A stretch of 64,000 nucleotides of DNA from Octopus sinensis (Eukaryota), in NCBI RefSeq assembly GCF_006345805.1, contig NC_043010.1, positions 58,652,001 to 58,716,000 of the forward strand, read 5' to 3'. Shown piece by piece: positions 1 through 13,194 of this stretch; positions within the stretch are counted from its first letter, which is position 1; each line of letters begins with the position of its first letter. The notes below the pieces were generated by a model that was not told the DNA's origin, did not search any database, and saw only the letters and a program-made list of their open reading frames with translations. Both the position numbers and the translations under genes were made by a program.

Positions 1-40
1 GGGTCCAATGGTAATAAAAAAAGGGGGTTGGAAAACACTG
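1..40. mobile_element. End of a hAT/Charlie-type MITE (TIR)
   Basis: gttggaaaacactg is the reverse complement of a CAGTGTTTCC.AAC-type TIR; the element runs off the window. Confidence 0.35.
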
Positions 41-239
41 AGCTACATAACTAGACTTATCAGAAAAGCTGCCAAATCTCCCTCAAATCACACTTTTCTT
101 AAGGAAAGACAGACACACAAACGTAATGTACTCCAAGGTAACCTATGAATCAAAAGGGCCATGGCTGAAGTGCATTTGATCACAGGCTTACTCAGTGAAA
201 GCTGACCTATGGTTAAGCAACACACTGACCACCAGCACT

Positions 240-480
240 ACAACTACCACCACCAACACAATGACCACCACTACCTCCTGCCACCACCACTATAACCATC
301 ACTCACCACCACCACCACCAACAATGCCACTAAAGCTAACCTAGGGTTAAGCAACACACCATCGTATCATAATAGTAACATCGCAGCCATCACCACCACA
401 ACTACGGACGCCAACACCATCACTACTACCACCACCACCACCACTACCACCACTACCACCACCACCACCACCACTATGTA
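240..480. repeat. (ACC/ACT)n low-complexity trinucleotide tract
   Basis: Direct reading. Confidence 0.9.
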
Positions 481-844
481 TTACGTGACATCTCTATTGA
501 AAACAACATCAAAATGGTTGTTATATATTTTTCCTTCAAAATTTCAATTTACCTCATGGCATGCCACAGTGGCGGTGGTCGTATTGGGGTTGTTGTTTCT
601 ATATATAACTATATACACGTGTGTGTATATACATACATGTGTACACAGCCATATAGACAGTGCATGTATAAATAGGTGTGTGTTTAGGAATCAATAGATA
701 AACATCACACTTGCCAAAGAAACTCCAGAAATATCTTTAAAAAACAACGTCACAAATTATTGAGGAATGAAAAAACATCTGACAAAAAATAACAATGTTT
801 TCAGAGTAACTCAGGCTTTATAGAAAAACATTAACGGTTATATT

Positions 845-947
845 CATGTGTGTGTGTGTGTACACACACACACACGCATACTTATATATATATATATAAA
901 GAGATAGAGAGAGACATTTACACACACATATATGTATTAATAAATAT

Positions 948-986
<39 letters not shown>

Positions 987-989
987 TAC

Positions 990-1038
<49 letters not shown>

Positions 1039-1378
1039 TATATATATATTTATATAGATACCTCTATATATGTTTGAATCTGCCTGTGTGTATACTATAT
1101 TGTGTATGCAATATATATATAATTTATACAATATATGTATGTAAATGTGTGTATATACATACATGTATGTATAATATATGTGTGTAAATGTGCATGTGTA
1201 CATATTTATGTGCGTGATATAAATCATTATAAATTTAAATATTTTTCTATATAACATTCAGCTATATACAAATTTGTGTGTGTGTATATATCTCTATATA
1301 TAAATATATATATATATATAAAATATATTGTGTATTATATATATATATATATATATACATATATATATAATATATATA

Positions 1379-1453
<75 letters not shown>

Positions 1454-1455
1454 TC
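845..1455. repeat. (TA)n/(CA)n compound microsatellite
   Basis: Direct reading; source of the YI/HT-rich ORFs. Confidence 0.95.
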
Positions 1456-2659
1456 AATATTTCCCAAAAACCAAATTCATTTAAAAAAAACCCTGTCCTC
1501 CATATTGTTATTGTCATTCATGTTTGCATTAATTGGTTCATGGTTTATCTTTATATTTTGTTTCTCTATAAACCTTGATGTTCTAAGATGGCTCTTCTAT
1601 ACATATATACACTCCCTTTCTGTTTGAAGTATCTATATAATATCTCTGTAATGTTTCGTGAATCATGAAAGCAATGTTCAAAGAAAGAGGTAGACTAGTT
1701 TGTTTCGCAACGTTTATTATTTAAACAAGATGGATGTTTTCTATAATTATGTGCTAGAAAACCATCAATACTCCAAACACAGAGAAGAAAGTTATCAATT
1801 TAGCCTTGAAATTTGTAAATATCACGATTTCCATTGCCAGTCAGGTCATACTAGTACAATAGTTGCACGTTAACTAACTATGCATCTACAAAAAGTGATT
1901 GTGACATTTAAACTATTTAACCAAACACACTGAAATTGAGAGTGAATGGCTTTATCTGATAAAGATGTCAATTGCTTTCTTACCACAATAAATATTTTTC
2001 TTTGATAATATAATTTTATTTTTGTGATTTTTAACGGTCACCATCCCAGGTTGTGATAAAAGAGCCTCTCTGTTTGGGGTTGCTTCAACCTGATGGAAAC
2101 AACAGCCAAAATTCACTAAGATCATACCATACCAGTTGAAAAAGGGAAGTTGATATCACACAGTTTGTTTGTGTGTATATATATATATATATATATATAC
2201 ACAATCCAGTTGGACATTTACAGTTTAAAGGTTTTTGATCATAGGCTGTCTTGATCAACAATGACCTTGGGTTGAACAATAACAACAACAGTAACAATAC
2301 ATTGAGTAACTGAGTGGCTGTTGAAGAAATGTTTCTCCCATTGATGTCAATTCTAACAATTTATACAACATCAGACAATTCAGTTCCTATAACAGTAAAA
2401 ACTGAATCTTTCATTGTGATAAACACCCTCTGGTGTTGGAATTAGCACAGACTGGGATGCTACAGAGCAGCTGAGGGCTGGGGTACTACAGAGCTGTGTT
2501 CTAGAGAACAGTACAGTTGTGGACTAGGGTATGCTATGGTTGTGTATTTGAGTACTCTCGCATACGGAATACTGTAACTGTAAAATACATCCCCACTGTA
2601 CAATTGTACTATATACAAATCGACTGTATAGTTGAATATACCGTTCCATATATATATAT

Positions 2660-2798
2660 GGAGTGGTTGGCGTTAGGAAGGGCATCCAGCCGTAGAAACA
2701 CTGCCAGATCAGACTGGGCCTGGTGCAGCCTTCTGGCTTCCCAGACCCCAGTTGAACCATCCATGGAAAGCAGACGCTAAACGATGATGATGATGATA
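2660..2798 (+). mobile_element. Family C: RTE-related 3' tail repeat ending in (GAT)n
   Basis: gagtggttggcgttaggaagggcatccag...aaacgatgatgat; more than 10 copies in the window. Confidence 0.8.
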
Positions 2799-2878
2799 TA
2801 TATATATATATATATGTACATACTTGGAAATGTATGTGTCACATTCAATTAAATGATAAATAATATATAATATATATT

Positions 2879-3308
2879 GGCGCAGGAAGGCTGTATGGTT
2901 AGTAGCTTCCTTACCAACAACATGGTCATGCGTTCAGTCCCACTGCGTGGCACCTTGGGCAAGTGTCTTCTACTATAGCCTCGGGCCGACCAAAGTTTTG
3001 TGAGTGGACTTGGTAGATGGAAACTGGAAGAAGCCCGTCGTATATATGTATATATATATATATGTATGAGTGTGTGTGTATGTATATATATATGTGTGTG
3101 TGTGTGTCTGTGTTTGTCCCCGCAACATCACTCGACATCTGATGCTGGTGTGTTTATATCCCCGTAACTTAGCAGTTCCGCAAAAGTGACTGATAGAATA
3201 AGTACTAGGCTTACAAAGAATAAGCTCTGGAGTTGATTTGCTCAACTAAAGGTGGTGCTCCAGCATGGCCGCAGCCAAATGGCTGAAACAAGTAAAAGAA
3301 TAAAAGAA
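2879..3308 (+). mobile_element. Family A: tRNA-derived SINE with internal (TA)n(TG)n
   Basis: Pol III-like head, body cttgggcaagtgtcttctactatagcc, tail gactgaaacaagtaaaag; about 15 copies in the window. Confidence 0.85.
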
Positions 3309-3433
3309 CATATATATATGTATGTATATATATATATATATATGTAGGTCCCGGATTGAGTCGGGGTTAACCACAGTAAATAAGGTACTCAATACATAGC
3401 AGAGTAAAGTAATTTATTTTATTTTATTTTAAT

Positions 3434-3490
<57 letters not shown>

Positions 3491-3613
3491 GCACATATGG
3501 GTACAAGAGATCACCAATGGTGCAAATAACATGAAATACGTAAACAAAAAAGGAAAAAATGAGTAAAATGCGTAAATAACAAGAAAAAATGGAAAACAGG
3601 AGAAGTAAACACC

Positions 3614-3651
<38 letters not shown>

Positions 3652-3699
3652 GTCCAGCTGTATGTTAAATGAATGTTCTGCTCTGTGTATAAAACTGGA

Positions 3700-4020
3700 C
3701 TCTGTCAGTCATGATGAGTATTCCAGTTAATTCGACCAATAAAACAGCCTGCTCATGATATTAACGTGCAAATGGCTGAGTACTCCACAGGCACATGTGT
3801 ACCTTTAACAAAGTTCTCATGGAGATTCAGCATGATACAGAGTGAGACAAGGCTGGCCCTTTCGAATTACAGGTATAATTCATTTTTGCCAGGTGAGTGG
3901 ATTGGAGCAATAAAGTGATATAAAGTGACTTGCCCAAGGAGACAGTGCACCACCAGGAATTGAACCGAAACCTGACAGTCACAAACAGGATACCGTAACC
4001 CCTACGCCACGTGCCTTCAC
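3700..4020 (-). mobile_element. Family D: tRNA-derived SINE (head gtgaaggc.cgtggc)
   Basis: Homologous copies at 13385, 23120, 29550 and 32640. Confidence 0.75.
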
Positions 4021-5420
4021 ACTCTATATACAGCAGCTCCACTTTGCAACACAGTCGTAGCATCGTTTTAGAAGAGATGCTGTGAACATTAGCTGCTTAA
4101 TGAAATCACTAAGATCATTTGGTGCTGTCGTTATGATGATTCTAATTTTCCAAACTATTAACTCATCTTTACAGTGTGTGTATCTGCAGGAGGTGGGGGT
4201 AGTCACCTGGAAATGTTGTAATCCTATTAACTGAGTGATACCTGAATATTTGAATTAATGATCTAACTGATTAATGATTGACAACAACCAGCATCACCAA
4301 GATTCTTAATTAAATCATTCAAAGATGAACTAGTTGAGATTCTTGTGTCGTTAATCTTGCTTTTCTGCTTCTGTGTTTGCACACAGCCCTCACTGCTTCT
4401 TAGCAAAAGCATGATGCCACTGACCGAATACCACTCAATGAGAGTTGTGGGTAGGTAAATCTTTAAATCTTCAGCTGTGGTAATTGAAACAGATGTAAAT
4501 TTACCTTGTTATGCTCTTTATATAGAAACAATACTGTAGATTGTCGTGAAATGTCTTGAAATATTTCAGGCTTCATTTACCATTACTTAGAAGGCAATTA
4601 CCTGTGCATTTCTTTGCACACAAACTAGAACAAAGCCTTTCTAGCTTGGCTAATGTCTATACTGTGCATTTGTTGGTGGCATAATTAAATATCTAATATA
4701 TATTTAAACCTGATACAGTGTGAATTAGAAAATCTAACATAAATTTAAAGCAATTAAATAACAGTTCTTTGAGCCTTTTGTTATGAAACTTCAAACAGAT
4801 GGGAATACATCTCAATACTTTCGGGAGTGCAACAAAACAAAGGAGATTGCCCTTGAATGTTTCACTATTTGTTGACTGCTCATCAGAGTACAAACACCTC
4901 AGCAAATCACAAGAAGAGCTTGTAGCAAACAGCATTTACTTGAGCTGCTTTCTTGTACGATCGAACTCACAATCTCATGTTCAGAATCTCTTCCTAACCT
5001 CTTGGCCATACCTGATATTTGTATGTATTAAGTATATGCATGTATGTACACACACACACACACACATTTATATATTATATACATATATATTGTTGTATTT
5101 CGGGATGGTCATTTCTTTTTCTTTTGCCAAATAAACACACACACACAAACACACCATACACACACACACACACACAACACATACACACGCACACAAGCAT
5201 GCACACACATATGCACACACACACACACACATATTTTCTTCACTCATTTATTACTGTTCTTAGTTTATTATTTTAACACCTGTCCATTGTCCAGAAATTT
5301 TTCATCACACATCTGTGACCTCTTCAGCGACACTTTTCATTTCCATGTATATTCTTGCTCCACTCACTCCATTCTGTTCCTCTAAGGTGTGTCTCCTTAT
5401 GTGCGTAGGTGTATGTGTCC

Positions 5421-5461
<41 letters not shown>

Positions 5462-5515
5462 TTAGATTTTAGCAGCAATGTGGCCTTCCCCTCAGTTACT
5501 CCATTGTGCTGCTGA

Positions 5516-6045
5516 CAAGGTTGACTTTGGCTTTGATCTCTTCGGGGTCGATTAAATAAATACCAGTTGCAAACTGGGGTTGATCTAATTGACTTATCCC
5601 CACCCCCCTGGAATTGCTGGCCTTGTGCTAAAATTTGAAACCAATATCAATAATAATTATTTCAAATTTTGGCAAAAGGCCAGCACTTTCCTGCGAGAGG
5701 ATCAGTCAGTTACATTGAGCCCCAAAAGGATGAAAGGCAAAATTGGCCTCAGCAGAATTTGAACTCAGAATGTAAAATCCTGAGAAAAGGCAATTAAGCA
5801 TTTTGTCCAGCAAGCTAATGACTCTGCCATCTCACCTCCTTAACAAGAGTAATAATAATAATCGTTTCTGTTATAGGCACAAGGCCTGAAATTTGGGGAA
5901 GGGGATAGTTGATTACATTGACCCCTCCCCAGTACACAACTGTTACTTATTTTATTGACCCCGAAAAGATGAAAGGTAACGTTGACCAGCGAAATACCAC
6001 TAAGCATTTTGCCAAACATGCTAACAAGTCTGCCAGATCACTGCC
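5516..6045. mobile_element. Family B SINE cluster (one + copy 5516-5645; two - copies 5660-5840 and 5865-6045)
   Basis: Shared gttctgagttcaaattc...ctttcatcctttcggggtc...aataagtaccagtt core; ATT/AAT tails. Confidence 0.75.
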
Positions 6046-6046
6046 A

Positions 6047-6048
6047 TA

Positions 6049-6080
<32 letters not shown>

Positions 6081-6300
6081 GATGATGAAACTGAAGAAGA
6101 TGATGAGGAGGAGGAGGAGAAAGAGGAGAAAAAAGGAAGATAAGGAATAAGATGTGGAGGAAGAAGATGATGATAATGATGTGGAGGAGGAGGAAGAAGA
6201 TGAGGAGAAGGAAGAAGAAGATGAGGAGGAGGAAGAAGATGGTGATGATGATGAGGAGGAGGAGGAGAAAGAATAAGAACAACCACAAGATGATGATGGT
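6047..6300. repeat. (GAT/GAG/GAA)n purine-rich trinucleotide tract
   Basis: Direct reading. Confidence 0.9.
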
Positions 6301-6807
6301 GATAGATGTAGAAGCCTTTGACTAGTTATAAAGCGATGATCAATTGTGATTCCTTGACACTCCCTTAGCACATTCTGTTAAGACTTTGAATCATCTCCCA
6401 GTTGTGTCTGTACGAGAGAACATCTCGTCCCCATAGATCCATCCATTTCACCAACCTTCACAACTGTCCACCAAGCCATTGTTCTACAAACCCGCACCTC
6501 TCCGATCTCATTCCTTGATTATTCCATAATCTGTTAATCAGTTTAATCATTAGTCGTTAGTGTCAACTGTTATAATTAATGTCATCCACGTTGTCAATGG
6601 ACGACAATTGATTCCATGCGACCAATACCTCGGCTAAAGAATTCTTACAATAGAGCCGTACACACCTGGTTTTTGTATTGATCTCAGCAATTCTCTCCAC
6701 ACAAAAGCTCCACATGTGGAATGGAATGAAATGATTCCGCTAATGGCATTTTGTAATCACCACAGACATAACAAAGCCAGCAAGAAGCTAAATAATTACA
6801 AGGTAAG

Positions 6808-6847
<40 letters not shown>

Positions 6848-6914
6848 AACACATATGCACATACACATACACACACTCACACACACATATATACATATAC
6901 ACACACACACACAA

Positions 6915-6951
<37 letters not shown>

Positions 6952-8019
6952 TACGTATATGTATGTGTATATATGTGTGTGTATGTGTGTGTGAATGTAT
7001 GTACGTGCGTATGTATGTATGCATACATGTATGCAATCGCTGTCAATCTGTGGCAAACCATCCTGAAGATAAGATCATGTGACCTTTAAATGTCAATAAA
7101 TGGGGAGGTCAATAATATAGATTTTGTTAAAACATATCTGTTTGTTGAGTTAATTTGCTTTGACTGTCTTTCTGTCGGATTGTTTCCCATCGATCCGTGG
7201 AGGGACTGGGTCCGGCCGCAAGAGGAAAACAACCTCAGTAACATTTAACCAAAGTTGTTGGTTTTGTTGTTGTATTTTATCAAATTTATTGGGATCTGGC
7301 ATGAGATGCCACCAACAACAAACACCACCACTACCAACAACAACACCATGTCCACCACTACTAACAATCACCACTGCTACTAATACCGTCACCGTCACTA
7401 ACTTCCACAATTATCCTGAGCATCATCATCACCACTACCACCAGACCCACAATCTCCACCACCTCAACGACCACTATCACCAGAACCACCACCTCTGCCA
7501 TCACAACCACCACAACTACCATCACCACCACCACTACCATTACCACAACCACCACCACATCGACGGTGACCACCACCAGCACCTCCCCCTAAGACAAGAA
7601 AAAGAGCCATTATGCAGTCAGTCAACCTGGTAGAAATACCAGCTAAATCACCCTCAAATTACACCTTGCCTCAGTGAGGAAACATGAAGAAGGTAAAATG
7701 TTTTTTGAGAGACTATGCGTGAATAAGAGACAGGATGGTCATGTCTGGAAAACCTTTACTCATTTACCAAAACAGGAGAATCTGTTGGGACCTAGCAATG
7801 TTTTGTGCCAGCAACATGAGATATAAGGAAGGTGGCCAACTGGTAGAATTGTGACAAGACGTGTTCCCATGGAAACCACCGAGATGGATTACATAACAGC
7901 TACGTCACATTACATGTGACACCATTCACTCTGAAAGTCAGTGTGGTACTTTACATAATGTAGTCCCAGATAGATGATGCCTGAATCAAAAATACATGGG
8001 TCATGTCTGAAATATGGGG

Positions 8020-8460
8020 TGTACTGGATCAAGGCTGACCTAAACATCAATAACCACGAAAGAAGGATACATTGGGTATTGTAGTCCTAGATAGACGGTG
8101 CTTGGACAACATACTCGATAATCATAGTTGGGGCATCTTTGATCATAGGTTGACTGGATCAGGAACTAACCTGGGGTTAAACAACAACTCCAACAACAAA
8201 GATAAACTATTGTTGTTGTTTAACCCCAGGTCATCTGTGATTGAGCTAAGATGAAAGGCATTCCAGCCATAACCATCCCGTCTGTCTAGGAATATCTTGG
8301 GTGTCATGGTCTAATGTTTGCTCAGTATCAGCTGAGAGAGATTCCATCAATAGTGTAATTATAGTTCATGTTCTTGCTTAACCCTGGGTCAGCTCTGATT
8401 AAGGGGGATCAAAGACATTCCTACCATGACCATCATCCTCCTTTTTCTTCTGGAGATAAA
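8020..8460. repeat. Cluster of degenerate copies of the ttaaccccaggtcag...ttccagcc..gaccatcc interspersed repeat, both orientations
   Basis: Same motif at ~2230, 8590, 11330 and 32790. Confidence 0.6.
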
Positions 8461-9106
8461 TATACCATAGACTACACTATCCAAAGTGTCCTGTCGTTTT
8501 TTACAGCATAAATGTGGTTGCTATTTCTAGCGGGTTCAGTGACCACCTACAGACTCCCTCTTTGGCTCATGATTGATGAAATTATTGTTGTGGTTTAGCA
8601 CCAGGTCAACCTTGCTCCAGTAGATTTAGGATAAAGACAATCCAACTGTGACCATCTAGTATGTTGTTGTTGATGATGATGATGATGTTGTCCAATCCTA
8701 GGTCAACCTTGATTCAGATTGTTGGGCAGGATTTGAGGGAGATTTAGCTGCTACATCAAGCAGGTCAAGAGACCACGTATAAATCTGCTTGTCGGTTTGA
8801 CATTACAAACGGTTGTTGTTGTTGTGGCCGTCATAGAAGAAGTGGTCGTGGTAGTAGTAGGTGTTGCAGTAGTAGTTTTGGTTGCAGTAGTAGTAGTGGT
8901 AATGATTGTAAGAATAATAGTAGTAGCGGTAGTTGTTGTAGTACTGACAAGTCTTCAAAGGTCCGAAATTGGTGTAATAATTGCGAGGAATGAGTGGCGG
9001 TGGTGGCAGAGGCAGTATCGGCGGCAGCGGAGGTGGTGGTGGTAGTTGCAGTGGCGGAGGCGGTGATGATGGTGTTGGTTCGTTGATCCGTTGCTGTGTT
9101 TGTGTT

Positions 9107-9200
9107 AATATATAAGCTGGACCAACCTCCTGCTAACTACCAACTATAATAGCTAACACGGAGATCAATAGTGATCAATAAAGATCAATAGACATCAATA
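9107..9200. promoter_or_regulatory. Candidate core promoter/enhancer: TATATAAG plus four ATCAATA sites at exact 10-bp spacing
   Basis: gagATCAATA gtgATCAATA aagATCAATA gacATCAATA (9161-9200) inside a non-repetitive, CpG-containing island. Function is inferred. Confidence 0.4.
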
Positions 9201-9605
9201 GAGGCCGGACAAAAGGTTGTATTGTGCTGTGTATATTTATCGACAAGCACAAGGAAATAATTAAGGCGGGTCATTGACGAGTTAAGTCGAGCAGAGAATG
9301 GGGCTCAACTGAAGCGAGACCCGAGTAACAGGCCGTCGGACAATGGTTTGTTGGTGGGAGGGCCACTGATGGAGTTGTATTAATGTGTGGGGCTGTGTGT
9401 ATGCATGTATATGTATGTGTGTGTGTGTGTGTGTGTTTGCAGTTTTGTCACTGCAATGTCATGAGGGTAGGTGTCTCTCTATGTGTATTACATTCTCTAC
9501 ATTACATTATGGCAAAAAGTTTTGTGGGTATATGCATATGTACATATATGCACATATATATATACATGTATATATATAATATACACACACATACATATAT
9601 ATATA

Positions 9606-9638
<33 letters not shown>

Positions 9639-9674
9639 ATACACACACATACATATATATATATATACATACAC

Positions 9675-9732
<58 letters not shown>

Positions 9733-12389
9733 CCACACACATACACACAACCACACATATATGTATATATATATATGATATGTATGTATATATATACATG
9801 TATATAAGTAATATATGTATATATATATATATATGTACTACATACATATATATGCGTGTGTCCATATACATATATATGTATGTATAGGTGTGTGTATGTA
9901 TATATATATATTTATATATATACATAAAGTTGTATGAACATATACACACATAACCATACATACATTCACATATGCATGTGTGTGCATGGTGTGTATGCAT
10001 ATGTATATATGTGTGTGTATATATAAATACACACACATATATGTACATACACATATGTACACATTTGCAGTATAGATATCTATGTTTATTTTTACCTATT
10101 TATATATATACACACGCACACACACATATATATACACACACACATATACACTTATACACATAGGCTTGCATGCATTCACATGTGTTTATATATATGTATT
10201 TATGTGTATATATATATGTGTATGTATGTATATATATATATATATTTATACATAATACATACGTATAAATACATAAGTAAACATACATACACACATATAT
10301 TCACACACACACATATACATATGCATACACACCATGCACACACATGCATATGTGAATGTATGTATGGTTATGTGTGTATACGTTCATACACCTTTATATA
10401 TATTGCATATACCCACCTACACCCACCCATACAGAGCATCACTTTGCCAGGTGGAGCAACACATCACCCCAGCCCAACACGTTCATGCTTGCTGTGCCAC
10501 TCAACAGCTGACACACAGACAGACGCCAAAGCGGAAGTAATGTTCTTTTTAGAACAGATTTTTTTTTTCTTTCTTTTTTTTCCATACTGAGAATGTCTTT
10601 TTGTTTTTTTTTTCTTTTATTCAATTTATTATGTTTGTAGTTGGAAGGGACAGATTTCAGGGGGTGAGATATGGTGCAGAGGAGAAAGGATTGGTGCAAG
10701 TTGGTGGTGGTGGTGGTGGTGGTGGTGGTGGTAGATCAATGAGCCCAAATACATAAACAAATTGGCTAAGTGTACTTTACTGATCGATATGTATTGTGGA
10801 TGTGTGCGTATGTGTGTGTGTTTGGTGTGTGTATGATGTATATGTCATGTGTATGTATGTGTGGTGCATGTGTATAAGAGATGTATAGAGTGTGTGCATG
10901 TGTGATGTATGTTTGTCGTGTGTACATAATATGTGTGTAGTATGTGGGGAATGTGTACTATGTGGTGTGTGTGTGTGTGATGTATTTTGTGAGGTAATTT
11001 TGTCTGAAGTACATGATCGCTCTCTTGGTTTATTTTCAAATATGACAAGAAAAACATTTTGGGTACAGCCAGCATATTTAAGGTACCCCAGGTAGAATTA
11101 GGGTACCCTGAATATAGTCTGGGTGATACTCCAGACACAGGTATAGCAAACATATTTTAAAGTATTTTAGAGAGAGAGAGACGGGGTTATAGCCAGGGTA
11201 TCATCCTCAGACAAACACCTGCCAATGGAATAACAGTTGCTCAACCTTCTTGATATTGTAGCCAAACATCCTCAAAAGCACTGCTACTATATGGAAATAC
11301 AAAGCTTAAATGAATCACAGACCTGCTCAGAAGTGTATCTTGGGTTAAACAACAACAGTCATACCAAGCCAACACAGGTTGACCATGGTTGGAATATCTT
11401 TGATCATAGATCTGCTTGTTCATTGATAACCAGGGGTTAAACAGCAAGAATATTGTTTGTTTTTTAACTTAATAATTATCCTGCCAAAACCTAAAATACT
11501 GCCACATCACACTACCACAAACACTGAAAGCAATTCATCTTTCACAAGTGTTGCTAGTCAAAAAGAGATATTAGATGTGGACCAGCCCCGATTAAATGAA
11601 AATGCATGGGAGATGTGTTTCATAAAAGTGAAACCTTCCTTACCTGAACGATTTACCCAAGAAAAGGTAAGAAAGAAAATGGCGCACCTCAGGTATTTTA
11701 AAAGAATAGAGAGGTAGTTTCCAAAGGTCTTCAAAGAAGGAACTGGATGGAGCATTGACTGGTTTGTGGCAGAATGTATACTCCACTGATAAAGGTAGAG
11801 AGGCATGTAGAAGTGTATGGCTATTATTTAAGGTGAGAAAATGGGAAGGTCTCATGAGTGTCTATTTACCCAAAGAAGGGTGTCACATCACTGGGAAGGA
11901 CAAACACAAGAGTTACTGACAGACATTGGTGACTATGTGGAGTGTTCACTTGTCCTCTTCATATTTGCGGAGTACAAAGGTGACCTGCAACAACATGAAT
12001 CAGGTGCGGATTTCACGAACCTCTAGGTCCTTATGACCTCATCTCAAAGACTACAAGGTTGTCCCAGAGTTCCCATAAAGGGGAATGGGATGAGAAGAGG
12101 TCAGTCAAACTGGTGATACAGAGCAAAATGCCCCTCTCCTCTACTTTGCTTCATGTCTAGGAGACCAAACCACATCAGAATCTACTGTACAAGGGAGAAG
12201 GAGGTGGTAGCCTAGACAACAGTGGAGACCAGGGTTGCTGCTGCTGCTGGTGTTAGCAATGATTATGAGGATTCCACAACATCAGTAATACCAACAATTA
12301 AATCTGTGAGGACAACCAGAATAGAAAAAGAAATGGCTCGTCTTAAGTGCCACCAGGGTTTGATGATTTATGGAACTGAGATGAATGGG

Positions 12390-12556
12390 ATTCTTCTCTA
12401 ACAGAAAGACTCCATACTAGCTTTATTGCTCTCTAGCCTTCACATGTCCTCTGCATTCAGGCTCCTTGTTTCACCACCATGTAGCATTGCTGTTTGTACA
12501 CATGCATCATACAATTTTCCTTTCACTCAGAGACTGAGACCTTTGGTTGTCAACAG
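12390..12556 (-). mobile_element. RTE-clade LINE RT C-terminal fragment (decayed)
   Basis: Translates LLTTKGLSL*VKGKLYDACVQTAMLHGGETRSLNAEDM*RLE, matching the RTE K..LY..CV...MLYG.ETW motif. Confidence 0.7.
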
Positions 12557-12597
12557 ATATGTGTGTGTGCGCGTGTCTGTATATATGTACATGTAAA

Positions 12598-12960
12598 TCA
12601 TCATCATCATCGTTGTTTAACGTCTGCTTTCCATGCTGGCATGGGTTGGACGGTTTGACTGAGAACTGGTGAGTCATAAGGCTGCACCTGGCTCAATCTG
12701 ATCCGGCAAAGTTTCTACAGCTGGTTCCTAACGCCAACCACTCTGAGAGTGTAGTGTGTGGTTTTATGTGCCACCGGCACGAGGGCCAGTCAGGCAGTTC
12801 TGGCAACACCCATGCTCTAAAGGTACTTTTTACGTGCTACCTGCATGGGAGCCAGTCCAGCAGCACTGGCAACGACCATGCTCAAATGTTGTTTTGTATG
12901 TGCCATTGGCACATGTGCCAGTAAGGTGACGCTGGCAACGATCATGCTTGAATGTATGTA
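12598..12960 (-). mobile_element. Family C copy with internal ~65-bp tandem subunits
   Basis: Repeated tttta.gtgccacc.gca unit; (CAT)n tail on the plus strand. Confidence 0.75.
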
Positions 12961-13194
12961 TGTAACAATGCAGGTATGTATATGTGTGTATGTGTTTGTT
13001 CCACCACCAACACATAACAGTGTTGGTTTGTTTATATCCCTGTAAATTAGCAGTTCAGCAAAAGAGACCAGCCTAATAAAAAAATAAGTCCTGTGGTTGG
13101 TTCATGACTAAACCCTTAAGGCAGTGCCCCAGCATGGCCATAGTCTAATGACTGGAACAAGATAAACGATAAACACCATAAGACATATAATTGT

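Noticed and set aside
4845-4895. CTGATGAG...GAAAC on the minus strand (hammerhead-like)
   Set aside because: Stem II is poorly paired and stem I is absent.
12320-12345. Strong minus-strand acceptor (ttctttttctattctggttgtcctcacag) as the protocadherin cytoplasmic exon
   Set aside because: Phase 0 gives ATT TAA (immediate stop), and the other phases also close quickly.
12760-12950. Repeat-spacer-like units resembling a CRISPR array
   Set aside because: They are internal tandem subunits of a eukaryotic retro-repeat, also seen at 57670-57830; eukaryotic context with no cas genes.
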